Assembly (NCBI GenBank): GCA_951406725.2
Contig: OX597822.1
Location: 79,484,001-79,548,000, forward strand
Length of the DNA: 64,000 nucleotides
Direction of reading: 5' to 3'
Source of the DNA: Octopus vulgaris
Lineage: Eukaryota
In this document: piece after piece, positions 25,122-39,026 of the stretch
Numbering within the stretch: the stretch's first letter is position 1
Layout: every line of letters begins with the position of its first letter
The notes under the pieces: model-generated
Told to the model about the DNA's origin: nothing
What the model saw: only the letters and a program-made list of their open reading frames with translations
Databases searched by the model: none
Program-made: the position numbers and the translations under genes

Positions 25122-26870
25122 AAAATAAGCAACAAGGATATCCACAGGTAATGCAGTACACTCGTTTCATGCAACTCCGTTTAATTGAACAATGCAATCC
25201 TTACATCAATTTAAAATGCAGAGCAATTTTCAGCTGCACAAAGACATAAAAGTTAATTAAATTAGAACAGATGGGCATATTAGCGTAATTATACCTAAAA
25301 TCTCCAAGAAGTTAAGGAGATAGACGAAGAACATGTCTTACTGCAGTTTAGAAGTTACTGAATTTTCCAAGAAGATGTACATTGTTACAGACTCTGCCTG
25401 TCACTGATTTTTTGTTTTTATAGGGTCAGTTTTAATTTATAGACTAGTTTATCAAGCCTCTTGTATATCTAAGGCTGAGAGAACAGAGGGCAATATTTGT
25501 AAGGGGTAAGGCTGAGGGAGCAGACAGACATCATAGTTGGTATATTCATAAAAATCAAGATTTATTAGAAGCAATATCATGAGGTTTGGTAAAATAAAAC
25601 TTAAAAATGATGTTAACTGATAATTAAGGGGGTCGACCACTAGCAGGCCATTGATAATGAAACAGGGGAAGACTTATCATGTAGTACTATAGTTAAATAT
25701 TTTAAACACTATTGCTATATTGTATACAGTTAAAGTTTAGGGTTTTTCAAAAGGTTATTAAGAAGAATATTATAACAAAAGGATAGAAATATATGAATAC
25801 TTTTGAGTACATACCAAACTTTTACCCAATAGAGGGAGGAAAAGAAATTATCCATAATGGTTTAATATTTATACATATTGTACACTTAAATACTAACTTA
25901 TTAGATGGTATCTGTGAAGATTGATCAATTGGTATTTACTGGTATTTAATAAAGGAGTACCGAAGTAAAAGAACATGCTAATTATATATTAATAAAATTA
26001 TAATCTAAGCAGTATCTTTTTTATAAGTAGTGAATATACCAGTATAGTTTTATATAAGCTAAGTATGAATTTATAGAGATACAAATATTAGATTAATTTT
26101 ATAAATAAATAAAGGCTAATTATAAAATAATAAAGAAATAAAATAAAATAATCAAGTAGGGGAGAACACCATAGAAAAGGAAATAAAATAGCTTAATTAC
26201 TAATACTATGGTAAAGTATATGTAGCTTCTTAACACCAATAGATAAAATTTTTAGAAAAAGTATAATAATTCAGAATATATTAGACTAAAAATTATATAT
26301 TTACTTATTCAGCTTGTATCAACAAAAGACTGATGTCTGGTATCGGCTAAAGGACTATTTAAGTTATGGAACAATCATATATTACACTAATCTTTTTTTT
26401 AAAACTAAAGGTTATATTATAGGTTTAAGAAGTTATTATTGTTACTCCCTACATGATATTTATAGTTTCTTAGTGGTACTTTTTTAGAAGGGTTATTTAT
26501 ATAAAGGCCCTTATAAATACTAAGATTAGAAGGGTAGAGCCATTTAAGAAAGAGATAAATCAAGTAATTTCTAAAAATAATTTCAAACAATATTGTCTTA
26601 TTGTATAAAGTTAAAATTTAGGGTAATCAAGAAGATTATTAGGAATGAAATTTTACCAAAAGGATAAAACTCCTTTGAATATTTTGAGTATATACCAAAT
26701 TTTTACCACAATAGAGCGAGGAAAAGAAAATTGTAAAGAAATAGTTTAATATTTATTTACTTATTACTTATCTAAATATTAACTTATTTTATGGATTTAA
26801 CTGGTATTAAATAAGGGAACAACTGAGGTTAAAGAACATGTCAACTATACACTGATTTAATTAAATTGAA
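25121..26870 (-). mobile_element. PLE-derived repeat with degenerate hammerhead (25152-25238)
   Basis: Abuts (TA)n; minus strand tgcag-CTGAAAA-ttgc...gcat-GAAA-cgagtg-TA-ctgca; same family as 53497-53815. Confidence 0.7.
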
Positions 26871-27209
26871 CTATTTTAAGTTGTCGAGATACCGGTATGC
26901 ACATCTTAATGTTAGGAAAACAAGATGGTAAGAAAAATTCTTCTCATGTCACAAGACTTTTTTTATTAATAAAATCTAATTGAGGAGTCAACGTGATCTT
27001 GTATCGTTTACTAATTGGACTGCGACCAAGATCAGGCGCCGCCTTTAAGTGTTTAATCAACCAACTCGATCCAAGTACAGTTTTTAATCTGGCAGTATCC
27101 TATCGGACTCTTTTTGCCGAACCAAAATGTTACGGGGGACGTAAATGTAAACAAACCAACACCAGTTGTCAAGTTGTGGTGGGGAGACAAACACGTCGCA
27201 AGCGCAAAG

Positions 27210-27284
<75 letters not shown>

Positions 27285-27503
27285 CAACGGCTTTCTTTCA
27301 GTTTCCCTTTACTAAATGCACTCACAAGGCTTTGGTCGACCCAAAGCCTTAGCAGGAAACATTCTCCCAAGGTGCCAAACTGTGGGAATGAACCCAAAAC
27401 CACATGGCCAGTAAGGAAGCTTCTTAACCACACATCCACACCATAATTTTGATGCTATTTGCAAATTTACAGCTATTATGTGGTTTATATGAACCTGTTA
27501 CTA

Positions 27504-27552
<49 letters not shown>

Positions 27553-27999
27553 TGCTAACAACGTAAGGGATTCGTGTGATTATAAGTAATAAAAATAAAC
27601 GAAATCAATGTTGCAATTTGAATGCGTCATTTATGACTTTTCACTCGCCGAACAAGTATAACTGCTTTGTGTGTTTTATAACGTATTACGTTTGTATTAT
27701 AATGCATTACGTTTGAACTTGAACTGTTTCGTACGTTTGTTGTGTTCCGCTTTATGTGAGTTTTTCAAACGAAAGTAGCAAATGAGTTGGGATGAATGAG
27801 CCCAAGGCTGTGACGTGAGAATCTAAAAGATGAAAGCTTTATATCAAAGGGAAATGAATGGGGGTGGGTGGGCGTGATAAGTTACAGGTGGGAAATTTAT
27901 GTCTCCTAACCTCAGTCGGATCAGGGTTTATAAAGACTGAAAGAAATTATCAGAACATGTAAGCGTGTATTTATAGACAAATGTGTGCCCCCCCCCCCA

Positions 28000-28120
<121 letters not shown>

Positions 28121-28352
28121 ACAAGCGTTCAGTTGGTTGTGACGACCAGGGTTGTCGCTGACTCGATCAACGGAACAGCCAGTTCGTGCTATTAACATGC
28201 AAAGCAATGCACATATTTACAATACATTTACATACATACATACATACATACATATACACATACATACACACACAAACATACATCATACATACATACAAAA
28301 CTACACACACACACATACATATGTACATGCATACACATACATATACACGTAC

Positions 28353-29590
28353 ATAGAGAAACTGTGCCCAGCGGATGTTAACGCAAAGCTGAAGACCAGT
28401 GGAAAAAAGAACACCTACGTTGAACAATTGAGAAATCTGCAGTTACTCTCTCCAGATTACAAGATCAGATTTATACCGGTAATTACTGGGGCAATGGGAT
28501 ATTTAACACACTGCCTAAATATCAATCTTGGAAAATTAGGCTTCTCAGAAACAGAAAGAAGAAAGCTGATTCGAAGACTACAGATCCAAGCCATCACTGG
28601 AACTATAAAAATCTGTAAAACTCTCCAGAAGTTTATCATTTACGTATATATTAAGTATATATGTCTAAATATGGAAGTATATGAATGAGAAGACATACAT
28701 AAAACAAAACATACAAATCTGCACGTATACATACATACATACATACATACATGCATACACACATACAAAAATACGCAGTTCATGTTGTTGAAATTCCAAT
28801 GGAGGAGCCTTGGATCTCGATTATAAACCATCTCTTTCACTACTGGCGAGAAATCTTGAAATAAAACTGTATAATGACATACATACATACATACATACAT
28901 ACATACATACATACATACATACATACATACATACATGCAAACATACATACATACATACATGCAAACATGCATACATACATACATGCATACCTGACATACT
29001 GATTTGGGATATAGAAGAGAAACTGAGCACAGTTGCGGAAATTTGCTGCCCAGTGGATGTTAACATAAAGCTTAAGATTAGTGAAAAAGAGAATATCTAT
29101 GCTGAACTATTGAGACATCTGCAGTTACTCTATCCTGATTACAAGTTCAGGTATATACTTGTGATTATTGGGGCCCTGGGATATGTAACACACTGCCTAA
29201 ATACCAATGTTGAGAAATTAGACTTCTTAAAACCAGAAAGGAGAAAGCTAATTCGAAGGCTACAGATCTGGAACTGTAAAAATCTGTAAAGCTTTCCAGA
29301 AGTTTATCATTTAAATATATATAAACATGTCTAGATATGTAACTACATACATGAAAATACACAAGACATACAAATCTGCACATACATACATACATACATA
29401 CATACATACATACATACATACATACATACATACATACATACATACATACATACATACATACATACATACATACATACATACTTACAAACAAAAATACCCT
29501 GTTTTTGATGTTGAAATTCCAGTGAAGGAACCTTGGATCTAGGTTAGAAACCGGTTCTTTATTGGCGAGAAATCCCGAAATAAACTGAAT
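28353..29590 (+). mobile_element. Two tandem 5'-truncated RLE-type (R4/Dong/NeSL-like) LINE 3' ends within (TACA)n
   Basis: PDILIWDIEEKLSTVAEICCPVDVNIKLKISEKENIY...VIIGALG matches a restriction-like endonuclease (PD..D..K..Y); homologous copies at ~28353-28877 and ~28990-29590 share a 3' UTR. Confidence 0.75.
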
Positions 29591-29761
29591 AATAATATAA
29601 ATATATGACTTTCAGATATTTAGCAACCGGTACTTTGAGAGAACATTCTCTACTGCCCTATATCGCAGCCTACTGAAAAATACACGAAGCGCATATGTTA
29701 AGTATATCTGGTCTATAGTGATATCACACTCGCGCTGCTTCTATTTCATACATATAATATG

Positions 29762-30700
29762 CTAGCTTAAAAGCCGCACATCGGGTGGCTTTTAAGTTAG
29801 CCCCTGCAAAGGCTTCTTGGGCCCAACAACGACACTTCATGCACTGAGTACATATTAAGTTTTATTAAAATTGAATAATATTTTTCAACTAATTAACATT
29901 TTTCATCAAAGCAATGCTTGCAAAGCTGCATTATAAACAACATATTTGTCTTCCCATTCAGGGTCAATACAAATAGCTTGTTTCCATTCCCTATCCTTGA
30001 ACAACCAGCATAGAGCTAGCCGTGAGAAAAACAGGGTTCCATCAGATGAAGCTCAGTTACTTTCAATAATTGTTCCTGGGACTTATTGATTGACATTGCA
30101 TAGCTCACTCACTGGAAATTGAAGTCTTTTGAACTCAAAAGGAAGATCTGGAAGAATTAAGGGGATTCTTGGAATTAAAACTCTTTCCACCTTTCCTGGA
30201 CCAGTAAAGATCTCTTCTTCGAAGAGATGAGGAAGCATCTTCTTGACAACCTTGTTCCGTTACAAAGCTCTGGGGGAATTAGATTTCTCAATAGCATAAC
30301 TGGCACGTTTTCTTTTAGTTCTAGCTTGTGTGGTGGCATTCCTGGAGGAGTCAATGAGTTCAGGAACTCTATTAGATAATTCATTGCCTGCTCTTGTTCA
30401 ACCACAGTGTCAATGGAAAAAATACACCATGCTTTCTTTTTGAATTTCTTGGAGAAGTTTCCAGTTTGTGGGAGCTAATATTGCCCTCTCATAAAGCCAG
30501 TTTGAATCTATGAAACGGTGTTTAATGTTAGGATATACATGATTAATCAAGTCATGGATTCTTGAGACTGAAACTTCACTACCATTTGGGAGTGAAATAT
30601 TTCCAATTTGGTCCATTTGATGGTTCCATTGCCAAGCTGCAACAGCAAATCAGCAAATCTTCCTGCTTTAACAATAATTCTTCTACCGCTACTTAATTTA
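29762..30700 (-). mobile_element. Helitron 3' fragment with decayed PIF1-like helicase
   Basis: YLIEFLNSLTPPGMPPHKLELKENVPVMLLRNLIPPELCNGTRL and WLYERAILAPTN are Helitron helicase motifs; terminal hairpin plus CTAG at ~29762-29800 on the minus strand. Confidence 0.88.
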
Positions 30701-31580
30701 AAGGCAATTTGATGTACGTAGGTCCTTACTTTTCGTACAAATAATTATTTCTATTTCATGGATGACTTTCGCTAGATTTCACAATTTATTTCGATTATTC
30801 CCAATTTTTTTTTCTCCAAGTTATAAGAATTGTTATGTTAATACGGTAATACCTAAGTAGTTACGTACGTACCTGTGGTGTGTGTCACACTTAGTTGAAA
30901 GGAAGAGGTTAAAAGAGAGAAATGAAACGTATTAAGCAGAAGACGTACAATTGAAGAGGCAAAGCGGCAAAGAATTGGGAGAAGTGGGAGTGAGAGAGCG
31001 AGAAAGAAAGGAAGAAAGAAAGAGAGAGAGAGAGGACGTTGATAGCGCTGAGAGGTAAGAAAAATATACTGCGTTAAACGCAGGAGAAAGGTTAGAGGCA
31101 AGGAGACATAGAGGAGGAAGAGAGGAGGAAGGGGGAAGAGAGAAAGAGATTTAGAGAGATAGACTGAGTGAACGAAAGGATAGAGAAGGATAGTGAAAGA
31201 GAATGAAGTTATTCACAGAGAGAAAACGCTGAAAAACTTTTCGTTTTGGACGATAAATGATAAAGCCATTGTGACAGTTATTCTATACCGTTTGAAAGAT
31301 ATTTGTATAAAATTTCATTAAAAATACCAATTTTCCTGAAAGTTATGAGGCGGAAAATGTCAGGCTGTTTGAATTTTCCGAAACTCCTCTCCCTAGTTCA
31401 CCAGAAAAGCTTTTTCCAACAAATCTTAACATACACACAGCCAACAGGATCTTAGCGATTATTTATGGAATTTATGAGGCAACAAAGTGGGCGGGGTATA
31501 CATCAATAGTTATGCCCATAATTATTCGATAGTTATTAAACGATGTCACTATTTACAGATGCTTACATTTTTTATGTTTA

Positions 31581-31608
31581 CCGTGAAGTTTTCACGGGTC
31601 CAGCTAGT
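31581..31608 (+). mobile_element. Helitron-type 3' terminus (hairpin plus CTAG)
   Basis: ccgtgaa-gtt-ttcacgg hairpin followed by gtccagCTAGt. Confidence 0.6.
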
Positions 31609-31867
31609 AAAAATTGTTATCGTACATAAAAATTCGCACCAAAATATCCTTTAAAAAAATCGCCGAAAGCAATTGTAATAATGAAAACTTGGGAATCCAA
31701 AATTTCAGGATTGCGGCTCCGGATTCGACCCGGAATGTTTTTAATTTACTCACTGAGTCTGCCTGATTCTAAAAGGGTATGATATGTTGGGCTACAGCGT
31801 CTAGGAATATAGTTGAAAAAGTGTGACATACTAACATTCGCATTTATTATATTTTATATTATGTATG

Positions 31868-31945
<78 letters not shown>

Positions 31946-32119
31946 AGAATTCACATAAAAAAACAAAAGACGAAGACAGGTGGTGTAGACAACAAACAGA
32001 TGTATTAGTATAACGCTTGGGAATTGAAAAAGTCTTTAACGTTTCGAGCCTACGCTCTTTCGCAGAAAGTAACACAGAAAGAAACAAGGCGAGAAAATAA
32101 AGAATGTGTAGTGGATAGC

Positions 32120-32263
<144 letters not shown>

Positions 32264-32834
32264 GGCAAATTTGTTGTTGAAAATGCTCCTAAATTTGGAA
32301 AACTCCTAATTGTTTAAAATACATTTATTTATATATATATACAAAATTAGTTTCAACAATAATTTTTGTTTATTAATGATAAAAGTTTAAAATTATAAAT
32401 TAGAGAAACATCTTTAAAAGTTTCAATGTCGACAAATTAAAATGTTCATAACGGACAAATTTAGCATTATGAATTAGGAGGACAGGTACAAGTTTAAATG
32501 TTAACAGCAGTCAATAATATTGAAACTGTACATCAATTTGTTTGAATATACAAAGCTCATTAATGTTAGTGGTGATCGACGAGGCATACTGGGTTAAGAG
32601 GGAAAAAACAAGGGAGAAATGAAGGTAGAGCAAAAAGGGAATTTGGTTTACAGTTTCTCTGATCTTCTTTCCGTAGGCGCTTTCGCTTGTAGTCTACACT
32701 GTCCTATACGGGACAGTGCTACTGACGTTTATAGCCCCAGGAAGACATCTCTTCCAGCTGGTTAACGTCACACATTCTGCGTCTGATTAGTATTTGAGAG
32801 GAGGCCATCGCTCCCATTCCTAGCCTTACGTGAT

Positions 32835-32881
32835 ACACACGCACTCGAGTTTCTGGGTGGTTACCCGTTCTCAGCGTGTGT
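32835..32881 (-). ncRNA. Hammerhead-like motif, probably inactivated
   Basis: acacacg-CTGAGAA-c gggt aacc accc a-GAAA-ctcgag-TG-cgtgtgt; 7-bp stem I and palindromic stem III, but G8A and a GUG triplet. Confidence 0.65.
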
Positions 32882-32899
32882 TAATCACCAGCTAGTGAT

Positions 32900-35800
32900 A
32901 AATTCTTTATTATGATCAAATGATCTAACATAGAGGGGACAGCACAGGACTTTACAAACATATGATATTCATGATTTCGTTTAGTTTAAGCAGTTAAAAA
33001 TATAGACTGATATATATATTTGTGATGAGTGTCAATTACAATGAATTATTTCACATTTTGGCCGTACGAATTTACAATAGATTTAAGTAGGATCATTCAT
33101 ACTCACTTTCTTCACCACATCCTTCCATCTTTTCCCGTATACGCTTCGCGACAGGCGTCCCTTCTTCAGCCCTATCTTGCTCTTCAGATGATATCTGAAA
33201 TAATACAGCAAACCAGGGCCGGAGATGAAGGCTCCCGTCGCAAATCCTTTCATCCTCGTTTTCCATATGCACTCTTTCAAAACTGCAACTGTGCATTACA
33301 AACATGCTTCACCTTCCTTTGACAATCCGGGTGGCGGTACAATCTTAATTATACACCCAGCTGATAGCTGTACTCTTCCTAAATGTGACAGAACGTGTTC
33401 CGTGTAAACTATCAAGTCCGAAATCTCCGGACCCTGAACAAGGGCGTGCAGAACGATTTCATCATTCTGCCCGCACCTTGGGAATGCCGGTGGCACAGAG
33501 ACTATGTCTAGACAGTTTATCACGAACAGGTAAAGCGCTCCTATAGCACTGCCAAGTCAGGGATTTCTGGTAGTTATCCAGGTACCTCGACCCGAAAGTT
33601 ATTTTCAACAGGTTGGCTAGCTGGTCCTCATCGAGTCCCAGAGCTTCAGCCAGGACGTCATCCCTCTTGAACTCTATCAGCCCGCTATAGAGTACCGAGG
33701 TAGTATTCCCAGTGCCAACCTTGCCTGCCTTGTGGATTAGCACGAGTGCCTGTCGGCACACTTTTTGCCATTCAGTCAGGTTCCGTCTTTTCATGAAACA
33801 GGGTTTGACTTCCTCCAAGGAGGCCAGTCGCGGAAAGAATGTCTCTGCCAGCGAATTCCATTCCTGGTCACCCTCCAGGTAGAGCCAGAAATGCTTCAGC
33901 CTCAGTGTATGTCTGCACATCATCAGCTACGGCATCCCTAACCCACCCTTTAGCGGGATTTGGCAGCAGACAGAGCGCCTCACAAGCGGTTTTCCTCCCT
34001 TACACAAAAAGCGAAATGTTTAGTCACGAATCAGGGCAAGGGACAACGATCGCACGGTAGGTGATAACAGATGCAATACACACCTGCACTACCTCCGCCC
34101 TCCTTTTCAGGGATAGCGCCCTTCCAGACCATGTCCAGATTAGATCCGCCACCCTGTCCGCCACTTCCCTCCAATTCTTCTCTGTCTGGGAATCCTGTCC
34201 AAACCAGACTTGTCACTCCAGGTACCGAGCCGCAAGCTCCTGCCACCGCCTCGTAACCTTTGATTGCCTCCTCTACACAAGGTAGCTGAGCTTCATCAGT
34301 TACGGCGATGGTGACGTCATCCGCGTAAGCAGAAATAGACTTCCCACATCCCAATTCATTGAGGACGCCTCCCAAATTCTACAACCTCCGCAGCAATGGC
34401 TCAAGAGCCAGTACATACAGAAGCGGAGACAGGGGGCACCCCTAACGAACGGAGCGCGCGATCTTAAACAGCACAGAGAAGTAACTGTTTATCTGAACTG
34501 TATATACGATGCCGCTATAAATGGCAGCGATCCAACCACGGAAGTCTGGCCCAGTCCAGCTGCCTCGATGACTGCTGCCAGGTACTAGTGTCTACCCTAT
34601 CAAAAGCTTTACTATGGTCTAAATGGACCAGTGTCCCACCTTTACCGGATAACTTACCTACCCTGTCTAAGTTGTAGCTCAGGAGATAGAGATTGTCCTG
34701 GATCGACCTGCCTGGATCGACTTCCCAACAAGTTTCACTGCGTCACGCACCAACCTCTTAGCTAACACCTTGACCAAAATCTTTAACTCTACATTAAGTA
34801 GAGTTATGGGCTTAAAATTGCTCGGGTCTTTTCTGATCAGCGTCACCACTCCCCGACTCACAGAGCTGGGAATCCTCCCATTCTGCGGCCAGTTTGTGTA
34901 GACACAGGCTAGAAAGTGCCCGGACAAGTCCGGCATACTACAATAAAATTCATAGGGCAGACCATCCAGTCCCAGCGATTTGTCCTTGGCGCACTCACCC
35001 AGTACCTTTTCAACCTTCGTAGCCGTAATCGACCCTTCACAGCTTTCCGCCTCCCGTGTCGAGAGTCGCGGCCCGCCGGCGAGGAAGTCCCTTAAGAGCT
35101 CCCCACTATCCAACCCGCCGCTCTCCCCGAACGACCGGGTGAAATGCTGGTGAAAAGTCTTTCGCATCTCCTCTTGTCCTTCCATCGAACGTCTGTTAAA
35201 TACTTGATAGAGGCTTCTCTGCCTCTGACTCTTCACACGACATGCCCATCCGGCAAAGTTAATGCCTTCTCTTCCAACCGCACGAAGTTTAGCTCTGACC
35301 CTACACCCTTTGTGTTCGGCTTTGAGATGACGGTACAAAACCTCTCTCGCCGCCATCACTCTGGATGCAGAACCAGACTCCATGGCCTCATCTAATTCCT
35401 TATTCTATTCTAGTCTTATCTAGACTTAACTGCTGGCTAAATCTAATAGACGCAGAATGAATGGCTCATTTGATGGTGCATCACCTCCTATCATTGATAA
35501 TCGCGCCTGTTAATGTCCTCTGCACTAACTCCTTAACCCAAGCACGGAAGGTTTTACAAGTCAAAATAGACATGTTCATCTTCCAGTACCAGGTCCCTGC
35601 CTATGACACTTAACTAGGTACATCCTACACGTCATAAACTTGTGGTCCTTGTAAGGGACACAACAAAAGCGTGGACAATTAGCAGTATCCCTGTCTCTAA
35701 CAATTATCCTATCTAAATAAGATCTGCATGAACCGTCGTTATTAGACCACGTCCACTGTGGAACGAGCGGTTCATCCAGTCTATATCATTCTACTAGATT

Positions 35801-38061
35801 ATAGCTCTCTAGTAGCCTTTTGAGGTCAGGATTTCCCCTTCTATTAGCCGAGCCAACACTATCCACCGGTGCGTCGAGAATAGTGTTAAAGTCTCCTAAT
35901 ACAACTAGATTTTTTGACTTCACTAAGAAACTCTCCAGGTCCCGGTAAAAACCAGCCTACTTTCGCTCATTTGGAGCATAGACAGCTATCAACCTGAAGG
36001 ACTGTTTACTCGCGTGTGTCACATTTTAAACGACCGACCTACCTTCTGGGTCTAGAAAGATTGCACTTACCTGCACGGCTAAATTTTTCCTGAATAGGAT
36101 CACCACGCCACCATTACCCCAGCCGACTGGGAGAAATAAATTTCTCGTAGCCATTTAAAAGGGGTGTGAACGCTTGTGGCTCATTCAGATTGGATTCAGT
36201 TACAACACATATCAATTTCTAGTGACCTAAGGTCGTATAGGAGACAAGTTTGCTTCCATTTCGACCCTAGGCTACGCACATTTATGCACCCTAATTCGTA
36301 CTTACATTTTGATTTTGGGGAGGGGCTGCACGAATTCAGCTTCCCCCATCCTCTTTCTTCCGTAGTGTAGCTGCTGGACTCACAATGAATCTCCTGCCGG
36401 CCATTTCTGCGCTTACTTCCTTTATATCTTTGTGTCAGTTCATTGAACAAACTCACTTCCATCCGAATGTGAGGTGCCAAGTCTTGGTTCGCTTTGTACA
36501 CTTGTGCTTTATGGTGTGCACGTATAATTCATTATAATTCGTTGCTGTCTTTAAATGATACAATTTTGTATTGTACTTTGGGGTGGGGTTTGGAGTTGGG
36601 TTTTAATAAGGAGATGGTGTAGGGAGTTTTTTCTTGTATGTCTACAGTTGCTTTAGATGTTTTTGTATGGGGAGGGGAGTCTGGAACTGAGGCCTTTTTT
36701 CTTTTTTGTGACTCCACTAATGTAAATCCTATTTCTTCTTCTGCGGTTGGTGTTTCTTGCCTTGTTGGTTCGCTTTCCTTGAGCACTTCTGTATGTTGTT
36801 TTGGTTTTTTTCTTTTTCTTCTGTGTCTTTAGATCTTTGTTGGAGAGGGGTTTCGCTCTTTTTCTCTTTACATCCTGAACGGACGTGGCCTTTTTCGCCG
36901 CACTTAAAACAACGCGGCCTATGTCTCTCGAAGCTCACTTTTGCGCTCAGCCCCTCCCCGATGAACACCTATCGAGAAACCCTTCAAAGATTTCGGGGCT
37001 GGCTTGGACCACCATTTCAAGTGACTGGCGCTTCCAATTTTCAGCCTCTTTTTTCTGTATTTGTAGTATTGACATTTTTTCTTCTATATCGTATGTTACG
37101 GATGCTGCATTTCACAATACGCCCAAACCAGCCGGAACTTCCTCCACATTTATTTTCGCCGTTCTCCTGCCTAGATAAGTTGGAAGGAGAATTATTTCGT
37201 CATTTCTCAGTGTTAACGTCAATAGTTCTTTTGCTGTACTCCCGTCAGTAAATTGTGCCTCCACTGTAGCGTTTCTTATACCGCGTCCGACGTATTTTAG
37301 TTTATTCCAAATGGGTTGCATATACTTCTCAATTACTTCATTTTTGACAGACATTATTCGTTTCTCCTTAAGGCTGTACGTCTTACAGACCACAGACTTG
37401 GCAGCTATATTATGTAGTATATCTTGGGAGAGAGCAATTTCGTATCAATCCTTGTTTTCTGTATCATATTCCGCTATTTAAATAATCCACCCATAGACAC
37501 GTTCAGATTCACCATATTGCCGCCAACTTCAATTGAAAAATTGTTTATTTCTTCTGAACCGGTTTCGCACTTTCTTTTTCGTTTTCTTTCGCCTTTTCCA
37601 TCTCTGGGAAATCCAAACTTGATTCTAAGTCAAATTCCATATTAATACAAAAAATTCCTTTAACAGGACACACAAATTTTCAAAAATTGTTTTCACAAAT
37701 TGACAAAAAAAATATTTTTTGCCAAAAAATTGTCTTTCACAAAAATAATTTTTAAATAGTATAATTTTTTCTCTGCAAAAGTGTAAAAATTAGAGTTGGT
37801 AGTTCGACAATAACAGAATTTTCTTCTATGTCGTATGTTACGGATGCTGCATTTCACAATACGCCCAAACCAGCCGGAACTTCCTCCACATTTATTTTCG
37901 CCGTTCACCTGCCTAGATAAGTTGGAAGGAGAATTTTAACAAAATAACCGAGGTTCAAATTTCACAGATTCAACAACAATTCAACAGAATAACAATACAA
38001 AAAGCAGTAGAAGTACAACAAAACGAACTCACGAAGGCAGCAGCCGAAAAATGCAACAAAA
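32900..38061 (-). mobile_element. Full-length decayed L1/Tx1-clade LINE
   Basis: ORF1 zinc knuckle CFKCGEKGHVRSGC (~36900); APE start GCINVRSL (~36290); RT motifs GLDGLPYEFY, FKPITLLNVELKILVKVLAKRL and SAYADDV; 17-bp TSD aatcaccagctagtgat at 32883-32899 and 38062-38078; many frameshifts. Confidence 0.92.
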
Positions 38062-38375
38062 AATCACCAGCTAGTGATGAAAACTCCCTCCGCTCGCAAA
38101 ATACTACATGCTTTTTCGACTCTGAAAGGATAAATGGTAAAGTCGACCTCGACGAAACAGTAATAATAATCCTTTCAACTCAGAACAGAAAAACTGATCA
38201 AATGCTTAATGGCATTTCGTCCGGAGTGCTAACGATTCTGCCAGCTCAGAACAGTTTTTAAAAAATGTGCGTCATTGTCTCCCTCTTCTACAAATATCAC
38301 GCTTTCTTTCTTTCTTTTTAGATATCAGTTTTATTTAGCTAAGAATTATGAATTTATTCAATTATGTATGTATGA

Positions 38376-38408
<33 letters not shown>

Positions 38409-38640
38409 AAAGAGAGAGAGAGAGAGAGAGAGAGGAGGGAGAGAGAGTTATAATTCTTGGACATTGATGAAGGACGATAAATAACAGGTGTCATTATAAT
38501 ATCAGCCAAACTACTTTATGTTATTTAGTTCAGCCCTTTAAACTCCGCGCTGAAGTTCCACAATGGTGGACTTTCTCGTTCATTTCTTTCTTTTTTTCTT
38601 TCTGATTGAAAGAGAGAACTACAAAACAACGAATATCAGT

Positions 38641-39026
38641 GGAAGCACTCCGTCGGTTACGACGACGAGGGTTCTGGTTGATCCGAATCAACGGAACAGC
38701 CTGCTCGTGAAATTAACGTGTAAGTGGCTGAGCACTCCATAGACACGTGTACCCTTAACGTAGTTCTCGGGGATATTCAGCGTGACACAGAGAGTGACAA
38801 GGCCGGCCCTTTGAAATACAGGTACAACAGAAACAGGAAGTAAGAGTGAGAGAAAGTTGTGGTGAAAGAGTACAGCAAGGATCACCACCATCCCCTGCCG
38901 GAGCCTCGTGGAACTTTTAGGTGTTTTCGCTCAATAAACACTCACAACGCCCGGTCTGGGAATCGAAACCGCGATCCTATGACCGCCAGTCCGCTGCCCT
39001 AACCACTGGGCCATTGCGCCTCCACC
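38641..39026 (-). mobile_element. Full-length tRNA-derived SINE with TSD
   Basis: Near-identical to 13992-14378; TSD acgaata(t/c)cagt at 38629-38640 / 39027-39038. Confidence 0.9.
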
